Shown: positions 38,966 to 51,579 of the stretch, in pieces
How positions within the stretch are numbered: the stretch's first letter is position 1
Layout of the letters: the number at the start of each line of letters is the position of its first letter
Origin: the human T2T-CHM13v2.0 reference genome, Homo sapiens
Reading direction: 5' to 3' (one strand)
DNA length: 64,000 nucleotides
Assembly (NCBI RefSeq): GCF_009914755.1
Contig: NC_060926.1
Notes under the pieces: generated by a model
What the model was told of the DNA's origin: nothing
The model's input: the letters and a program-made list of their open reading frames with translations, nothing else
The model's database searches: none
Translations under genes and position numbers: made by a program

Positions 38966-39307
38966 TTTTTTATCTGATAAATAAGCAATGAGTGATGAAG
39001 AGAACTATCTAGAGAGAAAGGTTAGAGTAGGTGGGAAGAAGACTGTAAATATAACCTGAACTTTTAAGAGTGTTAGAGAAAGATGAACTAGCATAGGTTG
39101 GAGTGACCAGGGAGGTAGGAGTAACCAGGGAATGTGCCTGCAGAAGTACAGTGCTGAAATGAGCTAAGTTTTGACAATACTTTGACTTTTGGGGAGAGGA
39201 ACTACATATTTTTGCTTCTGAAGCAAAATCAATTCCTATGGTTTTATAACTTTATTTCCTTTTTATAATAATTTCAAGCAAATGTTGGGCTAAGAAAACT
39301 AACTTAA

Positions 39308-39723
<416 letters not shown>

Positions 39724-39784
39724 ATTTTATGATGTATTTCTTTTCTTTTTTTTTTTTGGTATTTTAAAAATATATTATTTCTGA

Positions 39785-40215
39785 ATTTTAAAGAGTCATA
39801 TGGCTACCCAGAATAAAGATTATATTTTCCAGATTTCCTTGCACTTGGTGTGGCCATGTGATTAAATTCTAGTCAATGTAATATGAGGGGAATTGATGTG
39901 TACAACTTCCAATTAGAGTCTTTGAAAGGAATGGACCTGACTTCCTCTTATCTTGACCCATTCTTGATAACTGAGGTATGGACCCAGAAGGAATGACGAT
40001 TTTCAACTATGTGAATGAGATCAACAACTGGGGGATGATGGGTAACAAGACTGAAGAAAGTCAGGGTCCCAATATCATCAGGTTGCTTCCAGCCATACTA
40101 CTTCTGAGCTGCCTACTTAGACTTTTTTTGAGAGAAACGTTTTCTATCTTATTCAGCTACTGTATCTTTGGATGTCTTTGCTACAACAAACTAATCTTTA
40201 CCCTAGCTAATACAT
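39785..40215 (+). mobile_element. Old ERVL/MaLR LTR (LTR16/MLT1-like)
   Basis: TGGCCATGTGATTAAATTCTAG motif and a terminal CTAATACA. Confidence 0.6.
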
Positions 40216-41234
40216 GTTATGCTTAATTAACCCTATTATCGCTAAGATAACGTCAAAATTTCACATCTTGGAGTAAGAGAACATCTTGCTCTACACCCTA
40301 TTTTATCACTCTAGCTTCTCCTCATTCTCTTACTCCTACTCTTTCATTCTGAATTACCCTGAATTCATCATAAATGCATGGTTTCTTTCAGATCTTGACC
40401 TTTCAATGTCCCACCCATTTCTTGCCCCACCCATTCCTATCTCCTCTACTTCCAGAATTTTCTGCCCCGCAACCCCCCACCACGCCCCAACCCGGGAACT
40501 TCCCAGGCTTCTTCCCAAAGCATTTCTGAGAGGAGGTGTTACTGATTTTGGACAATTCTAAGGCTTCAATCCCCTTTTCCTATGCAACTCCCCCACCCAA
40601 CAGAATCCATGACTCCCTGCTAATCTTAGGACCTATGAAGCAGGCAAAGTCTATTTTGTAGATTCTAAGAGCTGGATAATTTTTTAAGGTGTAGAGAAGC
40701 ATCTTTTGCTAGAGGTTCTTCTTTGTGTCTTTTATGGTCATCTTCATTCCAAAGCTGTGCTACTGAGTCCACATTCCTTTGAGGGCAGATTGGCTTTCCA
40801 AATAGATTGGTATCATGTGAACTGTTTTTTTCTCAGTGAATAATGGCAATACACATGTGTCTCAAGCAGGTACTTAGTTTGCAAAGAAAAATAAATTCAT
40901 TTATACTTTACCATCATCTTCAGCTATAAAGTGTATTGTCAATAAATTTCATTGCCACGGAGTTGATGCAGTTGTCTTCCATTGGTTCAGCAGCCATCTT
41001 TATTCCTGCGACAAATAGTCTCTTGTGAGAGGAAGCAATCTGGAAGGTCTGAGGTCCCTTTCCTCTTCCCGAGGCCCTTTGCTCCCCTGGCAACTGCCTG
41101 AATAGTCAGCAAGGAGTTGTTTCCCAGTGCTTTTTGCATTCCTGGCTGCCAACTCTGGCTGCTAAAGTGTCTGCCACCTGCTACAATTTATGATGTTTCT
41201 CTACGTGATGACTGTTCATTTCTTTTTTCATTAT

Positions 41235-41360
41235 CTTTTGTAGCAACAGGGGTCTCACTGTGTTGTCCAGGCTGGTCTTGAACTTCTGGCCTCAAGCGAC
41301 CCTCTGCCTTGGCCCCTCAAAAGTGCTGGGATTACAGGTGTAAGGACCATGCCCAGGGCC
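41235..41360 (-). mobile_element. FLAM / Alu left monomer
   Basis: Single reverse Alu arm. Confidence 0.85.
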
Positions 41361-42569
41361 AGTTTTTACTTAAAAATTTTTTTCCTGTCATGATTTTAAA
41401 GAAATGAACCTAGGATCTTTTCGTAGTGTGTAATTTTCATACATTATTTTGTTATCAAATCTTGATTTACATACTTTAAAAGTTGATTTCTAAAATGAAA
41501 TTTTAAGGGATTATGTGAGGAGGTTCTGTTCTTATGATTTAGTTTAGTTTCAAATGAGTTTTGCAATTAAAATGCCCAGGGAACTTAAAATTAGGCATTT
41601 CTAGAAATGTGCTATTGATGCATCAAATGTGTTTGTTCTGATTTTTTAGGAAATTTCAACAAAAGAGCCACTGAACTTGTTCACTGCATGATATAAAAAT
41701 AGTTCAGGAAAAATTGCACAAAGCATTTTGAATACTCAATAGGGATGTTCATATTCTACATTAGGACTTTTGCACATTTGTTAAAAGGAGTGGAACTGAG
41801 TTTGAAACAGAGGCAGTGAAATTACTGCAGGATGTAATTGTACCTGGTATTTGTCTTATGTATCACTGTTATAGTGATATTTTTTGGCAGCTTTGCTAAA
41901 AGGTACCTGCTGATTTTCTTTAGTAAGTTTGGTTTATTAAAACATTTTCTGGTTTTATTAATCCGGGTATTGTTATTTCGAAAATAGTTTTAATAAAGTT
42001 TTTTTTTAAAAAAAAACCTATAAAATTTAACTTTAATTATAACAAACACTTTAAAATTTGATAACCTGCCTATGTCTGAAAGAGTTTGTCAGCCTAAGAA
42101 TTTAAAATAATACCATGTTGACTAATTTAGGGATATAAATAGAATGATGGTCTTACAGGAGCAGAGAGAGCACGTATTACTAGGCACTTGAGAGGAGTTA
42201 GTTTGCTGCTATTGGAGACTGGATTTTGTTCTGAGTTTATTGGCGGCCAAGGCAAAAAGGGATGCACATTGGCTCTTTAATAGTCCTCCTGGCTAAAGAA
42301 AGTATATAAATTTGTTTGCAGACTTTTCTTAGACCTTAATCCAAAGAGGATTTTTATTATGAAAATAAAATATGACATTAGATAAAATCTCCAACTACAA
42401 AAGACTCAGAACCACTGTTAAATAAGATAATGTTTATGTTGACCATTCATGAAGACTTTTTATGAGAGAATATGGCTGAGAAACCTAGTTTTCTGATCAT
42501 GTAATTTAAACCAAGAGTACCACTTGGGAAATTTAGAAGAATGGAAATTTTACATAAATCATTTAGTTT

Positions 42570-42925
42570 TGTGCTGTCTAGTACAGAGGGAACTAACTAT
42601 ATGTGCTATTTACATCTAAATTTAAATCAATTTAAATTAAATGTAAAATTCAGTTCTTCAGTTACAGTAGCCACATTTCAAATGCTCACTAGCCACATGT
42701 GGCTAGCGGCCACCATCTTGGATAGTGCAAATATGGAACATGTTCATCACCACAAAAAGTTTTACAGGACAGTGCTGATTTAGCCAGTGCTTCCCAAACT
42801 GACTATCTTTAGAATTGCTGGGGTGCTTTGCAAATATGGAGATTTCCATATCCCCTAGGAGGTCCTGATTCTGTAGGTCTGTGATAGTGATGGCAAATCT
42901 GTCATTTTAGAAGTTACGCAATTGC
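42570..42925. mobile_element. MER3 followed by a MER5-like hAT MITE
   Basis: GTAGCCACATTTCAAATGCTCACTAGCCACATGTGGCTAG; CAGTGCTTCCCAAACT...CTGATTCTGTAGGTCTG. Confidence 0.75.
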
Positions 42926-43271
42926 TGAAGAGTATCAAATTAGGTCTTAGAACTACCATATTTGATTCTTTCTTAAGAATCCATCTGAAACAAAGCTTTA
43001 GCAGGTGCTGGATGACAGTTCTATTGGTACTCCAGAAAGTGTTTATTGACTTGAAATTTTGAGTTGAATTTTCTTACAGTGGTTCAGCTGTTTTGTGATT
43101 TTCTTTCTGATTAAAAGTGAGAGCAATGTGTTTTAGCTGTGCCATTTTAGCTGCCAAAATTAACAAATATTTAAACAGGTTCATTGGTTCATTTAAAGAC
43201 AAGACTGGTTTGTTCTCTTCCATATAAGCAAAGAGTGTTGAGAGATAGCTATTCTGAATGTTGAGGTAGAA

Positions 43272-43558
43272 TTTTTTTTTTTTTTTTTTTGAGCTAGGGT
43301 CTCACTCCCATCACTCAGGCTGGAGTGTAGTGGTGCAGTCTCGGTTCCTGGGCTCAAGTGATGTCCCTCATCTCAGCCTCCTGAGTAGCTGGTACTACAG
43401 ATGTGTGTCACCACGCCCGGCTAATTTTTTGTATTTTTTGTAGAGGCAAAGTTTTGCCATGTTGCCCAGGCTGGTCTTGAACACGGGTCTGAAGTGATCC
43501 ACCTGCTTTGGCCTCCCAAAGTGCTAGGATTGCAGGCATGAGCCACTGTGCCGACCAG
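43272..43558 (-). mobile_element. AluJ
   Basis: Reverse Alu with a T tail. Confidence 0.92.
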
Positions 43559-43860
43559 AATAATTTTTTTTTTAAGAAAAGTTTTGAAACTTCTTAAGTA
43601 CTTGCATTATAATTGTACTTCTAGACAACATCACTAGTAGATCTGCTCATTTTTTTTTCTCTGAAGCATGTCTTAATTCTCACGTTGATTTTTCTATTCC
43701 ATTGCCTTGTTTCCATCCTTTGCTGTCTTTTGCCAAGGGCCATGATTCACAAACTGTGCCAAGGAGCCCAGGGGCACTGCAGAGAACTCACAAGGGAGCA
43801 AGAGATGTTTAACAATTTTGAAGGAAACGTAGCAGCATCTGTTGGAAACCACACAAAGTA

Positions 43861-44195
43861 TAGTTGGTCCTCTCTGTATCTATGGGTTCTGCATCTATGG
43901 ATTCAACCAACTGTGGATTGAAAATATTTGAAAAACAAAATTGTATCAAACATGTACAGATTTGTTTTGGTCATTATTCTCTAAAAAATACAGTATAAAA
44001 CAATATTTACATAGCATTTACATTGTATTAGATATTATAAGTAATTTAGAGATGACTTTAAAGTATACAGGAGGATGTCCATAGGTTATATGCAAATACT
44101 ATGCCATTTTATGTCAGGGACTTGAGCATCCTCAGATTTTGGTATCCTCAGGAGGTCCTGGAACCAATCCTCCACTGATACTAATGGAAGACTGT
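43861..44195 (+). mobile_element. MER2 (TcMar-Tigger) inserted in an older hAT-Charlie-like element (about 43735-44560)
   Basis: GGTCCTCTCTGTATCTATGGGTTCTGCATCTATGGATTCAACCAAC...GGAAGACTG with TA flanks. Confidence 0.85.
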
Positions 44196-44959
44196 ACTAG
44201 CTTGAGGTAGTTCAGTTTCAAAATTAGATTGCTACTTTCTTTTCAATGATACCACATTTTTGCAAAGCTGGGGTTTTGGCAGTTGCTATGACAAAAAGCA
44301 GACATCACATGAAAATCTGTGTGGTACAGGAAACTAGGGAGGCAGTGTCCAATCTAATTCTCAAGTTTGAGAATTAGATTGTCAAGTGTCTAAAACAGGT
44401 GCTAAGTTTTTAGGACATACATCCTTCTTAAGTTGTTTGGACCTGACTACTTAATAAACAAAATGGTTAGGTATTTCTTTTGGCTTGGGGGTGAGGGAGT
44501 CTGAAAAAAATTACACATTAAGGGCCTTGTAAACCCAGAAAGTTTGGGAACCTCTAGTGTAGGCTTTTGTGATGGCACTTAATGCTTTCCTGGCCCCTCT
44601 GGTCTCCCCTTTGCCTATATTACTGCCATAGTTGTCCTTCTAAAATTAGCCTTCCTTTAAATATGTCCTTATTCTGTTTTACTAGTCTTCTTCCAACCAT
44701 TTCCCTTAAGATTCTGAAATCTTGTTTTTACTACATGCAAATAGTTTCTCTCAAATTTTATCTTTTATTCTTCTCTTTCCCTCTCCAAAATCATTAAATG
44801 CAGAAAGCTGTATAGTAAAACCCTGTCTCAAAGTAACTTAATTGAAACTGGATTTATTCATGCAATAAGTGGGTCTAGATATCAAGTTTAATGGTTCAGC
44901 TTTAATTTGAAGAGTACTCTAATTTGCAAAATTACTTTTAAAAATTGGTTAATTCATTT

Positions 44960-47135
44960 ATTTTGAAACTTTTTATGGAATTAATTTTAGGCTTACAGAA
45001 GAGTTGCAAAGATAGTACAGAGCAGGGGTGTCCAATCTTTTGGTTTCCCTGGGTCACACTGGAAGAAGAATTGTCTTGGGCCATGTAAAATACACTAACA
45101 CTAATGACAGTTGATGAGCTTTAAAAAAAACTCCCTGCATAAATCTCATAATGCTTTAAGAAAGTTTGTGATTTTGTGTTGGGCCGCAGTTTGGACAAGC
45201 TTGATATAGAGAGTTCTTACATATCACATCACCCAGCTTTTTTTGGGTAAAATTTGAATAAATAAATTTACCATTGTCATTTATCAAAACTAAGATTAAT
45301 ATTATTAGGCAAGCTACAGGACTTTATTAGATTTTACCAGTTTTCTCACTAATATCCTTTTTCTGTCCAAGGATGTAGTCCAGGTTACCACATTGCATTT
45401 AGTTGTCATATCTCCTCTAATCTGTAATAGTTTTTAGTCTTTTTTTGTTTTTGTTTTTCATGACCTTGTTAGGTTTGCCAAGTGCTGGTTAGGTTATTTT
45501 GTAGAATGTCCCTCAAATTGGGTTTGTTTGATGTTTTTTTAGTCATTAGACTGAGGTGATGGAATTTTGATAAGATACCACAGAGGTAAAGTGCCTCTAG
45601 CCCCTGTCACATAATATGATATACCACATGATATCAACGTGACTTATCACTGGTAATATTCACCTTGATCACTTAGTCTATGGAGTTTCTCCACTGTAAA
45701 GTTACTATTTTACCCTTTCATATTTTATGCATTAGAAACCAGTTTCTAAATCTAATTTCTCAGGGAGGAGAATTAAGTTTCATCTCCTGGAAGGAGAAGT
45801 ATCAAAGAATTTGAACATATGTTACAACTACCACAGAACTAATAAATACTGGGGGGAAGATGCTTTGAAGTTATGTAAGTGTCCTATTTTTCTTTAAAGT
45901 TTTGGTCACCAATTTAAAAATTCATCAGTAGATTTTGCTTGTAGCGATCACTACTGTGTCCTAATGATAATTTTCTGTTTCCTTTATTCCTTCTACATTT
46001 ATTTTTGGAATTTTCCTGTAAGCAAGATTTGTCCTTTATTCCTCATTTATTTATTCAGTTATTTATTCATATCAGTGTGTACTTAATGGTTATTTATAAA
46101 ATAACCTTTTGATATCATTACTGCCTTTTGTACAGAGGTTCTGACAAGGAGGTACATTGTTTTTTAAAAATAACCCTATTTTTAAAAAGAACCTTTATTT
46201 TGAAATAATTTCAGACTTATAGAAAAGTTGCAAACACAATACAAATAATTCACATATACATTTCCCCTCAATTCCCCAAGTGGCAACATTTTACCATATT
46301 TGCTTTATCAATCTCTCTTAAGCTATTTTGTATGTAATTTTTTTCTTAACATTTAAGAGTAAGTTGTACCATAGTGCCCCCTTACCCATAAACACTAGAG
46401 TATGTATTTCTTAAAAATAGGAATTTTGTTTTTTTTTTTGAGACAGAGTCTCACTCTATTGCCCATGCTGGAGTGCAGTGGCGTGTGATCTTGGCTCACT
46501 GCAACCTCTGCCTCCTGGGTTCAGGCGATTCTCCTGCCTCGGCCTCCCGAGTAGCTGGAACTATAGGTGCATACCACCACACCAGGCTAATTTTTTGTAT
46601 TTTTAGTAGAGATGGGGTTTTACTGTGTTAGCCAGGTTGGTCTCGATCTCGTGATCCACCTGCCTTGGCCTCCCAAAATGGTGGGATTACAGGCATGAGC
46701 CACCATGCCCTGCCAAAAATAGGGATTTTTTTTTTTTTAAACATAACCACAGTTTAATTTGTCAAAATCAGGAAATTTACATTTGTATGTAATGTTATTA
46801 CTTAATCTATAAGCCTAATTCAGATTTCTCCAATTATCCCAAGAATTCCATTGATACCAAAAGAAGAATTTTTTCCTCCCTAGACCAGGATCTAATCCAG
46901 GACCATATGTTACATTTAGTTGTCACACCTCTTTAATCTCCTTTAATCTGGTAGAATTCCTCAGTCTTTGTTTTGACACTTGACACTTCTTAAGTGTCAA
47001 TTCACCTTGACACTTTTGAAGAGTGTTCCTCAATTTGTGTTTGTCTGATATTTACTCATGATTAGGTTCAGGTTATTAATACTTTGCAGTAATACCAAAG
47101 TGAAGCTGTGTATTCTCTGCATCAGGAGTCACATG
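44960..47135 (-). mobile_element. L1MC/ME-type 3' fragments carrying MER30 (45022-45203) and an Alu (46425-46715)
   Basis: Two TTTAGGCTTACAGAAGAGTTGCAAA-type L1M 3' starts. MER30 termini CAGGGGTGTCCAA...TTGGACAAGCTTG; Alu TSD AAAAATAGG. Confidence 0.8.
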
Positions 47136-47139
47136 ATAT

Positions 47140-50100
47140 TGATTGTGCTGTGGTTCAAGAGAGCTGTTGTTATGATTTCAGTTCTTTTGCTCCTTGGCTG
47201 AGGTATTTTATGTCCAATTATGTGGTTGATTTTAGAGTATGTGCCAAGTGGAGATGAGAAGAATGTATATTCTGTTGTTTTTGGATGGAGAGTTCTGTAG
47301 ATGTCTATGAGGTCCATTTGATCCAGTGCTGGGTTCAGGTCCTCAATATCTTTGTTCAAAGTTTCTGCCTTAGTGATCTAATACTGTCAGTGAGGTGTTG
47401 AAGTCTTCCACAAGTCTCTTTGAAGGTCTCGAAGAAATTGCTTTATGAATTGGGGTGCTCCTGTCTTGGATGCACACATATTTAGGATAATCAGGTCTTC
47501 TTGTTGAACCCTTTACCATTATGTAATGCCCTTCTTTGTCTTTTTTAATCTTTGTGATTTAAGGTCTATTTTGTCTGAAATTAGGATTGCAACTTTTGAT
47601 TTTTTTTCTGTTTTCTATTAGCCCTGTAGGTTTTTCTCCATCCCTTTATTTTGAGCCTATGGGTGTCATTGCATGTGAGGTGGGTCTCTTGAAGACAGCA
47701 TACCAATAAGTCTTGGTTCTTTATGCAGCTTTCCACTCTGTGCCTTTTAATTGGGGTGTTTAGCCCATTTACATTTAAGGTTAATATTGATATGTTTGGA
47801 TTTGATCCTGTCATCGTGATGTTAGCTGGTTATTATGCAGACTTGTGTGGTTGCTTTATAGTGTCACTGGCCTGTGTACTTAAGTGTGTTTTTGTAGTGG
47901 CTGGAAACAGTCTTTCCTTTCCATATATAGTGTTTCCTTTAGGAGCTCTTGTAAGGCAGATCTGGTGATAATTAATTTCCTCAGCATTTCCTTATGTGGA
48001 AAGGATTTTATTTCTCCTTCGCTTATGAAGCTTAGTTTGGTGAGACATGAAATTCTGGGTTGGAATTTCTTTTCTTTAAGAATGTTGAATATAGGCTCCC
48101 AGTCTCTTCTGGCTTTTAAGGTTTCTTCTGCTGAGAGGTCCACTGTTAGTCTGATGGGCTTCTCTTTGTAGATGACCTGACCTTTCTCTCTAGCATTTTT
48201 TCTTTCATTTCAACCTTGGGGAATCTGATTATTATGTGTCTTGAGGATGATCTTCTTGTGAAGTATCTTACTAGGGTTCTCTGCATTTCCTGAATTTGAA
48301 TGTTGGCCTCTCTAGCTAGGTTGGGGAAGTTCTCATGGATGGTATCCTGAAATACGTTTTCCGAGTTGCTTACACTCTCCCCATCTCTTTCAGGGATACC
48401 AGTGAGTCATAGATTTGGTCTCTTCACATAATCCCATATTTCTCAGAGGTTTTATTTGTTCCTTTTCATTCTTTTTTGTCTATTCTTGTCTGACTGTCTT
48501 ATTTCAGAAAGCAGTCTTCAAGCTCTGAAATTCTTTCCTCCACTTGGTCTGTTCTGCTGTTAGTTCTTGTGATTGCATTATGAAATTCTTGTAGTGTGTA
48601 ACCAATTCTGTCAGATTGGTTACATTCTTTTCTATACTGGTTATTTTGTCTTGTCAGCTCCTGCATTGTTTTATTGTGATTCTTAGCTTCCTTGGATTGG
48701 GTTTTAGTGTACTGCGTCTCAGTGATTCTTGTTCCTGTCCATATACTGAATTCTATTTCTGTCACTTCAGCCATCTCGGCTTAATTCAGAAAGCTTGCAG
48801 GGGAGGTGTTGCAGTTGTTTGGAGGAAGGAAGGCACTTTGGCTTTTTGAATTGTCAGAGTTCTTTTGTTGGTCCTTTTTCATCTTTATGGGCTGATGTTT
48901 CTTCAATCTTTGAAGTTGCTCACCTTTGGATAGTTTTTTTTTTTTTCTTTTATCCTATTTGATGGCCTAGAGGAGGGGTTCCCAACCCCTGGGCCATGGA
49001 CTAGTACCAGTCTATGGCCTGTTGGGAACTGGGCTGCACAGCAGGAGGTGAGTAGTGGGCAGGCAGGCGAGTGAGCATTACTACCTGAAATCCGCCTCCT
49101 GTCAGATCAGTGGTGGCATTAGATTCTCACAGGAGCACAAATGCTATTGTGTACTGCTCATGCAAGGGATGTAACTTGTATGCTCCTTATGAGAATCTAA
49201 TGCCTTCTCTCAACTTGTGTAGAAAAATTGTCTTCCATGAAATTGGTTCCTGGTGCCATAAAGATTGGGGACTGCTGACCTAGAGGACTTGATTGTGGTA
49301 TAAGGTGGATTCAGCCAACTGACTTCATTTCTGGAAGATTTTAGGGGGCCAGTGCTCAGCTCCCAACTCCTGGACTGTGTGCTCTAACTCTGGAGGACTT
49401 TTATCAGCCCTGACTTTGTTCTCTGGCTCCTCGGGGATAGGAATCCACTGTGCTGTGGCGGTGGGGGCGCTCCAAGGTGCTGGGTGGTGTTGGCCAAAGT
49501 GTTTTGTAGTGTGGTGACAGTGATATCCATCCTCATTTGCTTGTGCCTTATTTGCATGTGCCTCATTTGCATATGCCAGCAGCAGCGGCTGTGGCAGTGT
49601 GGTGGAGTGTATGCTCATTGGTTGCGGCAGTGTGCTAGTGGGTCCCGGGGTGCCTGCCTCCAAGCCAGTGTTCACCTCAGTGGCAGAGGCAACCCATTCG
49701 TGGGGATGCGGGGGCCCCCTGCTGGCAACTGTGCATGCCGTCATGCTGGTGGTGGTGTTGGCACAGGGGTGGGGCACTGGCAGGCACAAGTCTGTGTGCA
49801 CTGTGTGCACTGCCATCAGGGGTGGTTACTCAGGGCAGCAGGGAGTCTGCTGTTTTCTGCCTGGTTTCACTCCCACAGCAGTGTTGGTACAAAGGCAGGG
49901 TGCTGGTGGGGGTGGAGTTGGATGGCTCTGTGCCTGCCGAGGCTCCCATTGAAATATGGTTGGTGGAGGATGGGGGATGGACTGCACTTTGGAGGCAGCA
50001 GTGGCTGGGTAGGGTGCATGCACATGGGCAGCTGATGGAGCAAGGAAGCCAAAACTTGCCCATGCACACACTGCCAGCAAAGCGATGTGGGGGGTTGTCA

Positions 50101-50856
50101 TGATTGGAGGTGGTGTGTGGGAGCTACAGTGTGGGGAGGAAGCAGGTAGGCTGGTGCGTGGCTATGAGAGCTGCCCTGCTGGAGCTCTCCACCAGTCAAG
50201 CACTGTTGCTAGCATAGGAGCTAAGTTGTGGGCCCCTAGGGCGCTCAAGGCTTCTGTGCAAGCAGAAGTGGCCAGGCTAGGACCCAGGGAGAGGCCAGCA
50301 GACCAAGGGACACAGGGGTTGGGCTGGCCTTGTCTGATGGGCAAGACTGCCCTGCAGAGTTGAGGTCCAACAGTACCTCTAGGGCTAAAATCTCCTATGG
50401 GAGCAAGTCAAGCCTAGGGGGATGGGCAACCCTGGCTGTGCCCTATTACAGATGCTCCTTCACCAAACCCTCTGAGCTCCACATCAGCTGGCTTACTGCC
50501 CCTACCACTTCTCTAAGCAGCTCTCCCTGCCAACTCGAGTGTCCATTGTGGTGGAGGAGTCTCCTCTTGCCAGGATTCCAGAGGTCAGTGGTGAGAGTGG
50601 GTGGGTTTCTCCTTGCCAGTTCAACTCACCCAGTCTCCTGGAATCCTTGGAGGCCTGGAATGATTACTGGTGTGCGGTAGGTAGCCCCGTGCTGGGTTTC
50701 CAGCTTCCTCCACCTTCATCCCAGCTTCTGTGTCTTCCCTCTTTCTGCTCTCAGTACTTTTCCTCTGAAGATCTGTTAGGCATGTGCCAGTCATTTCAAT
50801 CCCTTCGTGGCATCTGTTCTATCTGGCTGCTCTAGTCGGCCATCTTGCCCTCTCTC
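47140..50856 (-). mobile_element. Primate L1 (L1P4/L1PB-like) 5' half: 5'UTR, ORF1 and ORF2 endonuclease, degenerate
   Basis: ORF2 N-terminus MTGSNPNISILTLNVNGLNTPIKRHR, DLIDIYRTLHPKTTEYTFFS; ORF1 DLSAEETLKARRDWEPIFNILKEKKFQPRI; 5' YY1 motif CAAGATGGCCGA at about 50836-50847. Confidence 0.92.
48973..49277 (+). mobile_element. MER1B (hAT-Charlie) inserted in the L1
   Basis: TIRs AGGGGTTCCCAACC / ATTGGGGACTGCTG; 8-bp TSD GCCTAGAG / ACCTAGAG. Confidence 0.88.
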
Positions 50857-50930
50857 TTATCCTATTCCTAATCAAACTCTTACCCATTAGTGTTAGTATT
50901 CAGTATGGTTTTGTTTTTATTTTTTATTTT

Positions 50931-51032
50931 AGACTTGTTAAGTGCACTATTGAGAAAGGGGGAAAGAATAGAACTAGGAGTTCAATCTGTTACTGACTGT
51001 GAACAATCGATTGAGATAACTCACTACCAGCC
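50931..51032 (-). pseudogene. Y RNA (hY1/RNY1-derived) processed pseudogene
   Basis: Reverse complement reads GGCTGGTAGTGAGTTATCTCAATCGATTGTTCACAGTCAGTAACAGATTGAACTCCTAGTTCTATTCTTTCCCCCTTTCTCAATAGTGCACTTAACAAGTCT, which matches hY1. A-rich tail; TSD TGGTTTTGTTTTT at 50906 and 51033. Confidence 0.93.
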
Positions 51033-51125
51033 TGGTTTTGTTTTTTATTTGAAGCATAGATAGATTCGTTTGTATTTATATTTCACACTATAAAATCCTC
51101 CCATCCTGTTGAATTAATTAATTAA

Positions 51126-51452
<327 letters not shown>

Positions 51453-51579
51453 TACAAGAACTATTTTTAAAATTATGTCTTCCCCATCCTGATTATCCTA
51501 TTCCCAACTCTGTCCTTTCCACCTTGTTCCACCCAACTCCTGAATGTAACCAGTTTTGTTATTCTGGATTTCTTCTTCT

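Noticed and set aside
47129-48774. Endonuclease and ORF1-like ORFs as an active retroelement
   Set aside because: Fragmented by stops and frameshifts, RT and the 3' end are absent, and a MER1B interrupts the element.
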